This document shows, one piece after another, positions 1-9,171 of a stretch of 64,000 nucleotides of DNA. Source of the stretch: Candidatus Hydrogenedentota bacterium (lineage in GTDB: Bacteria > Hydrogenedentota > Hydrogenedentia > Hydrogenedentales > JAEUWI01); NCBI GenBank assembly GCA_034669905.1, contig JAXMOL010000012.1:86135-150134 (forward strand), in the 5' to 3' direction. Numbering within the stretch: position 1 is the first letter of the stretch; each line of letters begins with the position of its first letter. The notes under the pieces were generated by a model, which was not told the DNA's origin, made no database searches, and worked only from the letters and a program-made list of their open reading frames with translations. The position numbers were made by a program, and so were the translations under genes.

Positions 1-2
1 TT

Positions 3-956
3 CAGGATGAAAACCTGGGCTTCTTCTCCATCAAGCGCCATACCTGGATGACCCTTTCCGAGCAGCTTTTCATCTACCTGGGACCGGTCTTTGGGGGCCA
101 CGGCGCGGGCATCCACAAGTTCTTTACCAACGGGCCTGAGAGCCCCATCGCCAACCTTATGTTTGCCTTTTCCGCATTGGGGACCGTAGCGATCGTGATA
201 CGACGCCAATGGGCGCTTTGGCCCTTGGCCGCCTTCGTGGTGGTCTATAGTGTCTACTATGTCTACCTGGTGCCGATTATTTACGGCTGGTACAAGGTGC
301 CCTTTGCGGCCGCCATATTGGTTCTTGCCCTTTGGGGGGTGCAACAAGTGAGCACCCTCATTCCCAAGCCGGTGTTGCGCACTCGCTTTCTTGCGGTGGC
401 CGGAGCGGTCTACCTGGGACTCTTCATCGTGGTCTTACCCCGATGCTTCTATGCGGAGCGCATGATACAACAGCACATCGAGAATGATATCCGTCGTGCC
501 GCCGGGGAGTACCTCAATACCCATATGGACAAAGACGAGGTCGTCGGGGCGGAAGCCTTGGGCTACCTGGCCTACTACTCCCAGCGAAAGGTCTATGACT
601 GGCCCGGACTGGCGAGCCGGGAAGTGGTCGCCTGGAGCACCGACCAGCCCCTTGCCCGTCGTTCCCTGGAGAACATGTGTAAGGATTTGCGACCGGACTA
701 TCTTTTCTTACGGGACCTGGAAGTCCTGTATCATTTCGAATCGACCGACTGGCTGCGAGAGGGGTATGAGGTGGTGAAGATTCTCGCCGTGGACCCGGCG
801 ATTAAGCCGGAGATTCCCTGGATAGAACGCAGTGTCGATCCGATATTCCGCATTTATAAAAGGATTCATCCCGAAGTGGGCCCCTCGCCTGCGGCCCTGG
901 CCTTTCCGGAACGGCCCCCGGAAACGGCGGAACCCGTGACAAACGAAGAGAGCTGA
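3..956 (+). CDS. Polytopic membrane protein, putative GT-C (AftB/ArnT-like) glycosyltransferase; 5'-truncated by the window edge
   Basis: Frame is open from nt 3 (QDENLGFFSIKRHTWM...). Clear paralog of the next gene, sharing FFTNGPESPIANLMF, YDWPGLASR and RRSLENMCKDL. Confidence 0.75.
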   Translation, partial: QDENLGFFSIKRHTWMTLSEQLFIYLGPVFGGHGAGIHKFFTNGPESPIANLMFAFSALGTVAIVIRRQWALWPLAAFVVVYSVYYVYLVPIIYGWYKVPFAAAILVLALWGVQQVSTLIPKPVLRTRFLAVAGAVYLGLFIVVLPRCFYAERMIQQHIENDIRRAAGEYLNTHMDKDEVVGAEALGYLAYYSQRKVYDWPGLASREVVAWSTDQPLARRSLENMCKDLRPDYLFLRDLEVLYHFESTDWLREGYEVVKILAVDPAIKPEIPWIERSVDPIFRIYKRIHPEVGPSPAALAFPERPPETAEPVTNEES

Positions 957-963
957 ACGTACC

Positions 964-2703
964 ATGATTGACTACACCATTGGCATACTCCGCAACCGCC
1001 TGAAGCTGGAAGAGGTCGACCAGGAGGAAAACCGCTTCCTCGTGAAAGCGGCCCTCATTATCGCCGCCGTCGGCATGCTCCTTCGCATCGTTTTCTGGAT
1101 CTATACCCAGCGCTATTGGGAAGACGCCCTGATTACCTGTCTTCACTCCGAGAACATGGCGCGGGGCTTCGGCCTGACCCATGTGCGCCCGGGGGAACCG
1201 CCCCTCCATGGGTTTACCAGTCCCCTGAGCGTATTGGTTCCGCTCATCGGCGATCTCATCAAGGTGGGGTTTGGCGTGGAGTTCCTGAAGTTGGTCTCCA
1301 TCCCGGCGAGTGCCCTGACCGTTTTCTATATGCTCGGAATCTGTATTCACAAGCAGGTGAAGCTCTCCGCGCCCCTCGCCATTATCGCCATGGGCTTTGT
1401 GGCCGTGGAGCACCACCAGATGCTTTGGGGCATGGCGGGTATGGAGACCCAACTCGCCGTCTTGATCCTGGTCATGTCGGTCTACTACACCATGACCCTC
1501 AACGTCGTACCCCTGGGGATATCGTTGGGCCTCTGCATGCTGGCCCGACCGGACTACGCCTTTTGGACCATCATCGTGGGAATCTATGTGTTGGCGCGCC
1601 AGCCCAAATCCTTCCTCAAGGTCGTGGGGGTTGCCGTGGCGGTTTATCTGCCCTGGATAATTTTTACCACGGCCTATTATGGATCGCCCTTGCCCAACAC
1701 CATTATGGCCAAGGGACTCGGTTATACGAAGTGGTGGGAAAAGGTCGAGGTGGTGGATCTCTTCGCCATCAAGCGGCACACCTGGCTCGTCTTGTCGGAA
1801 CAACTCCACGTGCACTTGGGGCCCATGTTTGCCGGCCATGGTGCCAGTCTGCATCTATTTTTCACCAACGGACCCGAAAGCCCCATCGCGAATCTCATGT
1901 TCTTCTTCGCGGTGGTGGGCACCCTTGTGATCGCGCTTAAACGGCAGTGGGTACTATGGCCCCTCGTGGCCGTTGTGGTGGTCTATAGCGTCTATTACAT
2001 CTACCTCGTTCCGGTCATCTTCGGCTGGTACAAGATGCCCTATATCGCCACCCTCCTGATCCTGTGCCTCCGCGGTATCCAGTCCATCACGTCCTGGATT
2101 CGGAGCCAGACCTGGCGCACCCGTCTGGAAACGGGCTATGCCGTGGTATACCTCGGGCTTTTCATCAGCGTATTGCCCATCAGCTTTTACACCGAGCGGA
2201 TGATTCAGCATCACATCGAAAATGACGTGCGGATGGAAGCGGGCCTCTATATCAAGGCGCATATCCAGCCCGATGAAGCGGTGGGCTGTGAGCCCTTGGG
2301 CTACATGGGCTACTACTCCGGCGCCAATATCTACGACTGGCCCGGTCTCGCCAGCCGCACCGTGGTGGCCTGGAGTGAACAACAACCCCCGGAACGCCGC
2401 TCGCTGGAAAATATGTGCAAGGATTTACAGCCCGAGTACCTGTTTCTTCGCGATATGGAAGTGCTCTATCACTTTAAGTCGAACGACTGGATCAAAGAGA
2501 ACTACCACGTGGTCAAGGTCTTTCAGGTGGACCCCGAGAAGGCCGATAAGATTCCCTGGCTCGACCGGAATGTGGACACGGTGTTCCGCATTTACAAGAA
2601 GAACAGCCCCGACGACGATCTGCCCTACGATGCCGATCTCTTTCCTACGAAACCGGGGGAGCCGGTGACGGATCTTCCGGCGACCTGGTCCCATAGTACC
2701 TGA
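964..2703 (+). CDS. Polytopic membrane protein, putative GT-C glycosyltransferase (AftB/PMT-like)
   Basis: 579 aa with many hydrophobic helices. First loop WEDALIT...ENMARGFGLT..PGEP..GFTSPL matches the (D/E)DAxI..N...GxG...GxTSPL GT-C signature; GMET and LARPD motifs; soluble C-terminal domain. Confidence 0.75.
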   Translation: MIDYTIGILRNRLKLEEVDQEENRFLVKAALIIAAVGMLLRIVFWIYTQRYWEDALITCLHSENMARGFGLTHVRPGEPPLHGFTSPLSVLVPLIGDLIKVGFGVEFLKLVSIPASALTVFYMLGICIHKQVKLSAPLAIIAMGFVAVEHHQMLWGMAGMETQLAVLILVMSVYYTMTLNVVPLGISLGLCMLARPDYAFWTIIVGIYVLARQPKSFLKVVGVAVAVYLPWIIFTTAYYGSPLPNTIMAKGLGYTKWWEKVEVVDLFAIKRHTWLVLSEQLHVHLGPMFAGHGASLHLFFTNGPESPIANLMFFFAVVGTLVIALKRQWVLWPLVAVVVVYSVYYIYLVPVIFGWYKMPYIATLLILCLRGIQSITSWIRSQTWRTRLETGYAVVYLGLFISVLPISFYTERMIQHHIENDVRMEAGLYIKAHIQPDEAVGCEPLGYMGYYSGANIYDWPGLASRTVVAWSEQQPPERRSLENMCKDLQPEYLFLRDMEVLYHFKSNDWIKENYHVVKVFQVDPEKADKIPWLDRNVDTVFRIYKKNSPDDDLPYDADLFPTKPGEPVTDLPATWSHST

Positions 2704-3670
2704 GGCCCAGCAGCGCCCCGGGAATGAATATTAAGACCTGGGGTACGAGGAAGAGGCGGGTCTCTGGCGCGTGGGCCAGGGCAAAGTGGACCGGGAACCA
2801 CACGGGGACCACGGCCCAGAAAAAGCGGCGTAAGGTAACGGGCCAGGCCTTCCAGGAGGCCAGGGCCATAAGGGGCAGGAGACCCAGCGTGGCGAAGAGG
2901 AAGACCCACGTGCGCCACCAGGTCAGGTTGAAGGTCAGCAGGGGCAAGATGGGCTCTTTGCCCGCCGTGGGTACAATGTAGGGCCGCATGCCGTAGACGA
3001 GGCGCAGCCCGCCCACGATGGCCAGCCAGAGCAGAAGACAGCTCGCGACAATCCAAAGGATTTTCTTCGGCGGTAGCTTGAACCCAGGCTTGAGCACCAC
3101 ATGGCTGAAGAGCAGCATCATGGGGATGCAGCCGCTGGTCTCCCGGTTAAAGGGTGCAATGACCATGAGGGGGAGGAGCCACAGGGGACGCTCGTAGAGA
3201 ATGAGTAGCCCGGCAGCCAGGAAGATGCTCATGTCCGTATAGGTATTGAAGGTCATGTCCGTGTCGTAAAGCCCATGACACATGCCCCACGTGAGGAGTC
3301 CAATGCCCAGGAGCCCTTCGAGCGTATGGAGTCCCAGTTTCCGGTAGTACCAGACGGCCAGATTGAGGGAGACCATGCTCTGCACAAAGCGGAAGAGGAT
3401 GAAGGCCATGCCAATGGGCCGTTCGATGCCCACCGCTTCAAAGAGGCGCACCAGCCCGTAGACCATCCCCTCGGTGAAGAGCCGGTATTGCCACGGCGTC
3501 CCACTCTCACCGTTGATGACGCGTAAGGTCCGTTCCCACTGGACGGTCTCGTACCAGTCCAGCCCCATGAAGGTAATCTGATAGTGGACGAAATACACGC
3601 TGAGGAAGAGGGTGCTGCCCAGCACAAGCAAAATTTGGCGGGAGCTATCACGCATCGACGTGCCCCCCAT
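2645..3670 (-). CDS. Polytopic membrane protein, possible GT-C-type glycosyltransferase
   Basis: 341 aa, hydrophobic. PWQYRL, YTDM, NRET and ETR motifs; paralog of 3785-4861. Start could be 3655. Confidence 0.65.
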   Translation of the reverse strand: MGGTSMRDSSRQILLVLGSTLFLSVYFVHYQITFMGLDWYETVQWERTLRVINGESGTPWQYRLFTEGMVYGLVRLFEAVGIERPIGMAFILFRFVQSMVSLNLAVWYYRKLGLHTLEGLLGIGLLTWGMCHGLYDTDMTFNTYTDMSIFLAAGLLILYERPLWLLPLMVIAPFNRETSGCIPMMLLFSHVVLKPGFKLPPKKILWIVASCLLLWLAIVGGLRLVYGMRPYIVPTAGKEPILPLLTFNLTWWRTWVFLFATLGLLPLMALASWKAWPVTLRRFFWAVVPVWFPVHFALAHAPETRLFLVPQVLIFIPGALLGLRYYGTRSPEDPSPAPPVS

Positions 3671-3690
3671 CAGTGCCAGGGCCTATAAGA

Positions 3691-3727
3691 ACGTGCCGCG
3701 CGATCCCGAGGTACGAGGGTTCGTGCG
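3691..3727 (+). repeat. Dispersed intergenic repeat, copy A (core CGTGCCGCGCGATC...TCGTGCG)
   Basis: 34/37 identical to the reverse complement of 6232-6268; the same 14-nt core also occurs at 23762-23775 and, inverted, at 23942-23955. Confidence 0.8.
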
Positions 3728-3784
3728 TGGGGCCGGAGGAATTCATGGCGACGACCAGGACTACTCTTCGCAATCGGAGTGATT

Positions 3785-4861
3785 TCATGCCGCCGCCTCC
3801 GATTGATCCCGCGTGCCCTGCAACGCGGACAGTCCACATAGCATCCCCGGCACAAACACCAACACCATGGGCAACAACAGCACACGGGATTGGTCCAGCG
3901 GCGCGCAGAGGAGGTGCCCCAGGAACCAGACAGGCACCACGGCCCAGCATAAAGGCCGGAGCAGAGGATGCCATTGGCGCCAGGTGACCAGAGCGAGAAG
4001 GGGCACAAGGCCCAACGTCCCCGCGACGTGCCCCCAGGCAGCGTCACTCCCCAGGTTGTAGCGCAGCATGGATAGGCCCGGCGTGGCACCGGAGGGATGA
4101 ACCGCCCAATCGCGTGGCCCGAAATAAAGATGCAAGGCAAGCTGTATCATCCCGAAGAGAACGAGGGAGGCCGCAGCTGTACGAAGCAACGCTCTTGAGC
4201 GCGGGGCGAATCCAGAGAGCGCATAGGCCCCAGCCATCAGGGGTAAGAGTAGGGCGGTCTCGCGGTTCAATGCCGCCAACACGGTGATTAGAATGAGGGC
4301 GTAATAACGCTGATGAAGGAGGGCCAGGGCCGCGAGCAGGTAGAAGAGCATATCGGTGTAGGCGTCGAAGGCCAGGGTCGAACCGTAGTTGCTCTGGGTC
4401 ATGCCCCATGCCAGGGCGCTGAGTCCGATAACAATGGCGTAGGGGGTGAGCTTGAGGGCCCGGTAATACCCATAGGCCAGCCCGAAGAGGGCGAAATTCT
4501 GCAAGAGTCGCAGGAGCACCAAGGTGACACCCACCGCGCGAGGGATGCCCACAAGTTCGCCCGTTGGGCAGTCGGCCCTTACCCAACGGCACGGGACACG
4601 AATCGCCTCGGTTACCCGACACATCGCTACCACCACATTGTCTGTCAGCACCCGAAACTGATCCGGCGCGGGTGCTTCCCCCGCCACGACCGCCTCCAGC
4701 CGGGGCATATAGTTCGCTTCCTGCCAGCCCAGTCCCTCGGTCTTTATCTGGCTGAACCCGGTGATAAGGGAGAGCAGGAGCAGGGCGATAACTATCGCAC
4801 TGCCCGGGGCCATCGGGTGTTTTCGAATCCGTTCGAACACGTTGGGGTCTCTCATCTGCAA
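3785..4861 (-). CDS. Polytopic membrane protein, possible GT-C-type glycosyltransferase
   Basis: 358 aa. PDQFRVL, YTDM, NRET and QSR motifs; paralog of 2645-3670. Confidence 0.65.
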   Translation of the reverse strand: MQMRDPNVFERIRKHPMAPGSAIVIALLLLSLITGFSQIKTEGLGWQEANYMPRLEAVVAGEAPAPDQFRVLTDNVVVAMCRVTEAIRVPCRWVRADCPTGELVGIPRAVGVTLVLLRLLQNFALFGLAYGYYRALKLTPYAIVIGLSALAWGMTQSNYGSTLAFDAYTDMLFYLLAALALLHQRYYALILITVLAALNRETALLLPLMAGAYALSGFAPRSRALLRTAAASLVLFGMIQLALHLYFGPRDWAVHPSGATPGLSMLRYNLGSDAAWGHVAGTLGLVPLLALVTWRQWHPLLRPLCWAVVPVWFLGHLLCAPLDQSRVLLLPMVLVFVPGMLCGLSALQGTRDQSEAAA

Positions 4862-5177
4862 GTTGGGCCTATCCTAGCACGGGCAGGGGGAGGGGATCCC
4901 CCCCAGGGACGTTCTGCCGCAGGGGGATGTGCATAGGGTGATTGTCTTTGAGAAAACCGCACCATGTAGTTCGGTGGGTTGTGTATAACGCGGCAGCATG
5001 TCCCGGTGGCGCAGGGGGAGCTTATGGGTGCAGCGTGCAGATGGCGTCGCGTTGTCGTCCTTTTCCCACCGGGACAGGAACGCGCCTTGGTGTGGGCGGG
5101 TTTACCGTGGCGTGGACGTGATGGCACCGTCATCGTGCGGGTAATTTGACGGGCCCCGTGCGCGATACCGTCCCGGT

Positions 5178-5597
5178 CTACGGTAAGAACCGCGCTTTTT
5201 CTTCCGGTGTGGGGAGACGGCAGGTTTCCCTTTGGCCGAAGACGCGGTACCGGTAGCGGGCGACGAGGCGGTAGACGGGGTCGCGGAGGAATCGCGGGAC
5301 GAAGCGGGCGAGGCTTAGAAGCCACCAGATGCCACCGAGGCGTTGACACACGGCCAGGGCCGCGTCGGAGCGGAGTTGGGCACCGTCTTCATCGTAATAG
5401 ACGAAAGACCAGGTGCGGGCGTCGTCTCCCAGGGGGGGGAGGAGATCCCGCGCCGTTTCGCCCTGAAGAGACGCAAAGCGGAACTGCTTGTCGCGGTCGA
5501 GGCGGAGTAGCAAGTCGACCACGCCATTGCATAGATTGCAGACCCCATCAAAAAAGATGATGGGATGGGACTCGGTGGTGTCATCCGACATGGGCAT
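5178..5597 (-). CDS. DCC1-like thiol-disulfide oxidoreductase (DUF393/YuxK family)
   Basis: FDGVCNLC (DxxCxxC), FASLQ, SDAAL and RD..Y..VARYRY..FG motifs. Confidence 0.9.
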   Translation of the reverse strand: MPMSDDTTESHPIIFFDGVCNLCNGVVDLLLRLDRDKQFRFASLQGETARDLLPPLGDDARTWSFVYYDEDGAQLRSDAALAVCQRLGGIWWLLSLARFVPRFLRDPVYRLVARYRYRVFGQRETCRLPTPEEKARFLP

Positions 5598-5684
5598 AGG
5601 CTCTTAAGGGCACACTCATGGCCTTGACTCTACCAGAGCGTGGGCTCTGCTACAATAACGGCCCACGTACTAAAGGAATAGATT

Positions 5685-6047
5685 ATGCCCAAATATGGCG
5701 TTACGCCCCAGAAAGAAGCCGAACTCCTCCGCCGCATGGCGGCCTGTGCGCTCCGCGAGGAAGACCTGGAAGAGTCCTTCATCCGGGGCAGCGGTTCGGG
5801 CGGACAGAAGATTAATAAGACCGCCTCCTGTGTGCAGTTGCTTCATCGCCCCTCAGGACTGGAAGTGAAGGTGCAAGAGGCCCGCTCCCAGGCGCTCAAC
5901 CGTTTTTTCGCCCGCCGCCGTCTCTGCGAACTGGTGGAGGAAAAGACGCTGGGGAAGAAAAGTCCGGAGGCCCTGCGGCAGGAAAAGATCCGGAAACAAA
6001 AGAAACGTCGTAAGCGGCGGACCCAGGCAGAGAAGCCCGCAGAATGA
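5685..6047 (+). CDS. Short peptide chain release factor homologue (GGQ domain, ribosome-rescue type)
   Basis: EESFIRGSGSGGQKINKTASCV, RSQALNR and a basic tail KIRKQKKRRKRR. AAGGA RBS and extended -10 TGcTACAAT upstream. Confidence 0.9.
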   Translation: MPKYGVTPQKEAELLRRMAACALREEDLEESFIRGSGSGGQKINKTASCVQLLHRPSGLEVKVQEARSQALNRFFARRRLCELVEEKTLGKKSPEALRQEKIRKQKKRRKRRTQAEKPAE

Positions 6048-6231
6048 CCGGACGCCTCGAAACGAGGTCCCAGGCAAACAACGGGGTAAAGCGAGGTGCC
6101 CCGGATCATGCTGTCACCCCATCCCACGCGACTGCCGGTCGGGGCGCAGCGTCGCCGGGGAGCGTTCGTGCGTGAATCATCGCGGCGAATATGCAACAAA
6201 TTCTGGCAAGGACCATTGCGACCACCCCAAG

Positions 6232-6268
6232 CGCACGAGCCCGCGTAGCTCGGGATCGCGCGGCACGT
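6232..6268 (-). repeat. Dispersed intergenic repeat, copy B
   Basis: Reverse complement ACGTGCCGCGCGATCCCGAGCTACGCGGGCTCGTGCG is 34/37 identical to copy A. Confidence 0.8.
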
Positions 6269-6323
6269 TTTTTGTCAAAGGTTACGAGCAAAATAAACAC
6301 CTTCCCATTTTTCCCATGAACCG

Positions 6324-6357
6324 AAAAAACGCCGCAGCCCGAAGGCCACGGCGTTTT
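6324..6357 (-). terminator. Rho-independent terminator of the oxidoreductase gene
   Basis: Minus strand reads CGCCGTGGCC-TTCG-GGCTGCGGCG followed by TTTTTT, about 20 nt after the stop codon. Confidence 0.85.
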
Positions 6358-6377
6358 CGATAGAAACAGGATAGGGA

Positions 6378-7670
6378 CTAGGCGATGGTGGGCACCACGA
6401 AGTCGGGGTGATAATCGCGCTTGAGGAAGCTGTTGGCTTCGTCGTCGGCGAACTTAAGGGCCTTCGGGTCGAATTCCAGCGAGCGGCCCAGGCGGTAGGA
6501 GGTATTCGCCAGGTGGCAGCAGGTGCAGCTCATATGGGCATCATCCATCGTGCCTTTGATTTCACCCTTGTCACGGGACTTCACCGCATTGATGAAGTTC
6601 TGGAAGTGACTTGGTGCTTCGGGGGTGGGGTACTTGCTCGCATCGAGTTCGATAGGCTGGTTCTTCGTGTCGAAGAAGCCCTTGCCTTCCACATAGTAAC
6701 CGCCCTCGCCGTAGAAGAGGTTACCCACGTTCACACCGGCTTCGTCATTGGTCCATCGATTGCGGACTTCGAAGACCAGCATGGTGCCGTCGTCGTAGGT
6801 GAAGGTGGCGACATTGGTGTTGGGCGTTTCGGCCTGATCGTCATAGGTATACCGGCCACCGGCGCTGTAGACTTTGGACGGGATGCCCTTGTTCATACCC
6901 CACGCGGCCACATCCATCTGGTGTACGCCCTGGTTGCCGATTTCACCGTTGCCGTAGTGCCAGAACCAGTGCCAGCTATAGGGATGGTAGAGCTTGTTGT
7001 AGGGCTGTTCCGACGCGGGGCCCTGCCAGAGGCGCCAATCGAGACCGTTGGGCGCTTCTTTGTTGGGCTCATGGCCCAGGGAGCCGCGGTTGCCATTCTT
7101 GTAGCCGAGGGCACGGGCCGTGTGGATGTCACCGATGATCTCACCGGACTGGAGGAGGGGAATATCCCGGAGCCAGGCGGTCTTGGAACGGCTTTGCGTA
7201 CCATGCTGGATGATGCGGTCACTGGATGCGGCCAGCTTGGCCAACTGATGACTCTCAAAGACCTCGTGGGAGGCCGGCTTTTCGACGTAGACGTCTTTAC
7301 CTGCTTCCACGGCCCACACGGTGGCGAGGGTGTGCCAGTGATTGGGAGTGGCAATGGAGACCGCGTCGATGTTGGGGTCCTGCAGCGCTTCGCGAATGTC
7401 GGTATAGCGCTTAATCTGGATTCCGTATTTCTTTTCGTACCCGTCGGCCTTCATCTTCAGGATGCGCGCGTCGGCATCACAAAAGGCATACATGTTGGTG
7501 TCGGGCGAATCGATCCAGGCCTTGATGTGGGCGTTGCCCCGACCATTCACCCCCATGACGAGCATGTTGATCTTTTCGTTGGCCCCTTCCACTTTTCCTT
7601 TGACCATGGTGCCAGCGGCGACCACCGCCGCAGCGGATGTGCCGAGGAAGCTTCTTCTCGAGAGTGTCAT
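6378..7670 (-). CDS. Tat-exported Gfo/Idh/MocA family NAD(P)-dependent oxidoreductase
   Basis: Start reassigned to MTLSRRSFLG (twin-arginine signal, GGAG RBS). GVNGRG, ATPNHWH, VYVEKP and NQGVHQMD motifs. Confidence 0.92.
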   Translation of the reverse strand: MTLSRRSFLGTSAAAVVAAGTMVKGKVEGANEKINMLVMGVNGRGNAHIKAWIDSPDTNMYAFCDADARILKMKADGYEKKYGIQIKRYTDIREALQDPNIDAVSIATPNHWHTLATVWAVEAGKDVYVEKPASHEVFESHQLAKLAASSDRIIQHGTQSRSKTAWLRDIPLLQSGEIIGDIHTARALGYKNGNRGSLGHEPNKEAPNGLDWRLWQGPASEQPYNKLYHPYSWHWFWHYGNGEIGNQGVHQMDVAAWGMNKGIPSKVYSAGGRYTYDDQAETPNTNVATFTYDDGTMLVFEVRNRWTNDEAGVNVGNLFYGEGGYYVEGKGFFDTKNQPIELDASKYPTPEAPSHFQNFINAVKSRDKGEIKGTMDDAHMSCTCCHLANTSYRLGRSLEFDPKALKFADDEANSFLKRDYHPDFVVPTIA

Positions 7671-7893
7671 GTCATTTCTCCATTGTTGGCGGTTGTGGAA
7701 AATACACCGACCCGAAACCGCCGGCAGTTGGTTGGTGCCAGGGAGACGCAATACTGGATGGGTGTCTGGCAACAGAGGAGGTTGCGTCCTTCGCCCTGCC
7801 GCCCTATACTCATCTCTATTGTTACGGATTCTCCGCCGGATTTCAAGCCATCCCGGCGTGTCTTTTTGCCCCATCGTTCCGGAGTTCCCCGCT

Positions 7894-9111
7894 GTGTCTG
7901 AATCTCGCTCCCTCTCACTTCAGGCGCGGGTGGTATTATCGCTCAACGTGCTCTACAACGTGGCCGACGCGTTGTGCAGCGTCTTCGTAGGTGTCTATCT
8001 CTGGGTCAACAGCCACGACATCAACGTGGTCTGCTTCCACTATCTTGCCCTCTATCTCGTGACGCCCGCCGTGTATCTGTTCGCGGGGTGGTATTCCCAA
8101 CGCTTCGACCGGCTCCACGTGTTCCGGATTGGGGTGGCGCTCCACGGGGCCTATTACGGCCTTCTACTCTGGCTGCAGGCGGATGCCGCCCAGCACACCG
8201 TGGCCCTCGGTGCCATGCTCGGTGTGGCCTGGGGATTCTTCTGGGCCGGAAACAATACCTTCAACTACGATGTGGTCGATGCCGGGCGCCGGGACTACTT
8301 TTTTGGCTGGATGAACGCCCTGGTGGGTATTGCACGTTTCGGTGCTCCGGCCGTGAGTGCGGTCGTGCTCTACCTGGCCCCGGTGGAGGAAACGGGCTAT
8401 CAGATCTTGTTCGGCGTGGCGGCCCTGCTCTACGGCGTGCTCGTCGCGGGGAGCTTCTTCATCGACCGCGATGCGGGCGGTCGTCCCTTCCGACTGAAAC
8501 GGGCCCTCTTTCCCGGGCGGGATCAGCGCGACTGGCGCCTCGTGATGTGGGCCTCTGCGACCCAGGCAGGGTCCTTTCACATTTTCTACTTTCTGCTTGG
8601 CCTGGCCATGTATATCGAGACCGACAGTGCCACGACGGTCGGGGCCTTTACCGCCTTTCAATTCCTGGCCGGTATTCTGGTCTCTCTGGCGATAGGGAAA
8701 TATATCACGCCCCAGACCCGGCGGCCCGCGATGGCCGTGGCCGCGGCGCTGCTTGTGGTGGCCGGGGCCATCATCGGATGGGACATTACCGTGGTAACGC
8801 TCGTGGTATTTGGCTTCATTCGTTCGATTGCCCTGCCGCTCTTCATGATTCCCTTTTCCAGCATTCGGCTCGACGTCATTGACCACTGTGCCGAAGAGCC
8901 GGCCCAACGTATCGAGTACATGTGTGCGAGCGAAGTGCCCCTGGCGGTGGGGCGCGTCGTCATGATGAGCGCGCTGATTCTGCTCTCCGCGCAGCTCGAT
9001 GAGTTGGGAATTCGCATCGCGCTCTTCCTGCTGTGTGCTAACCGAATTCTCACCTATCTCCTAATTGTCAGGACGAGTGTGGTTGAAAATGGAGAAAAGG
9101 TGGTAAGATAA
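7894..9111 (+). CDS. MFS transporter
   Basis: GTG start after GGAG gives 405 aa with about 12 hydrophobic segments and a motif-A-like AGWYSQRFDR. Confidence 0.75.
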   Translation: MSESRSLSLQARVVLSLNVLYNVADALCSVFVGVYLWVNSHDINVVCFHYLALYLVTPAVYLFAGWYSQRFDRLHVFRIGVALHGAYYGLLLWLQADAAQHTVALGAMLGVAWGFFWAGNNTFNYDVVDAGRRDYFFGWMNALVGIARFGAPAVSAVVLYLAPVEETGYQILFGVAALLYGVLVAGSFFIDRDAGGRPFRLKRALFPGRDQRDWRLVMWASATQAGSFHIFYFLLGLAMYIETDSATTVGAFTAFQFLAGILVSLAIGKYITPQTRRPAMAVAAALLVVAGAIIGWDITVVTLVVFGFIRSIALPLFMIPFSSIRLDVIDHCAEEPAQRIEYMCASEVPLAVGRVVMMSALILLSAQLDELGIRIALFLLCANRILTYLLIVRTSVVENGEKVVR

Positions 9112-9171
9112 GAGCAGGGAGGGGCTTGTTGTCATCGTAGGTGTCGTGGGGAGGGCCCGTGACAGTCGGAA

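Noticed and set aside
6408..7901. 497-aa plus-strand ORF and the upstream extensions of ORFs 6378..7874 and 7462..9111
   Set aside because: Antisense shadow of the oxidoreductase. The better starts are 7670 (Tat signal, RBS) and 7894 (RBS), which removes the apparent overlap.
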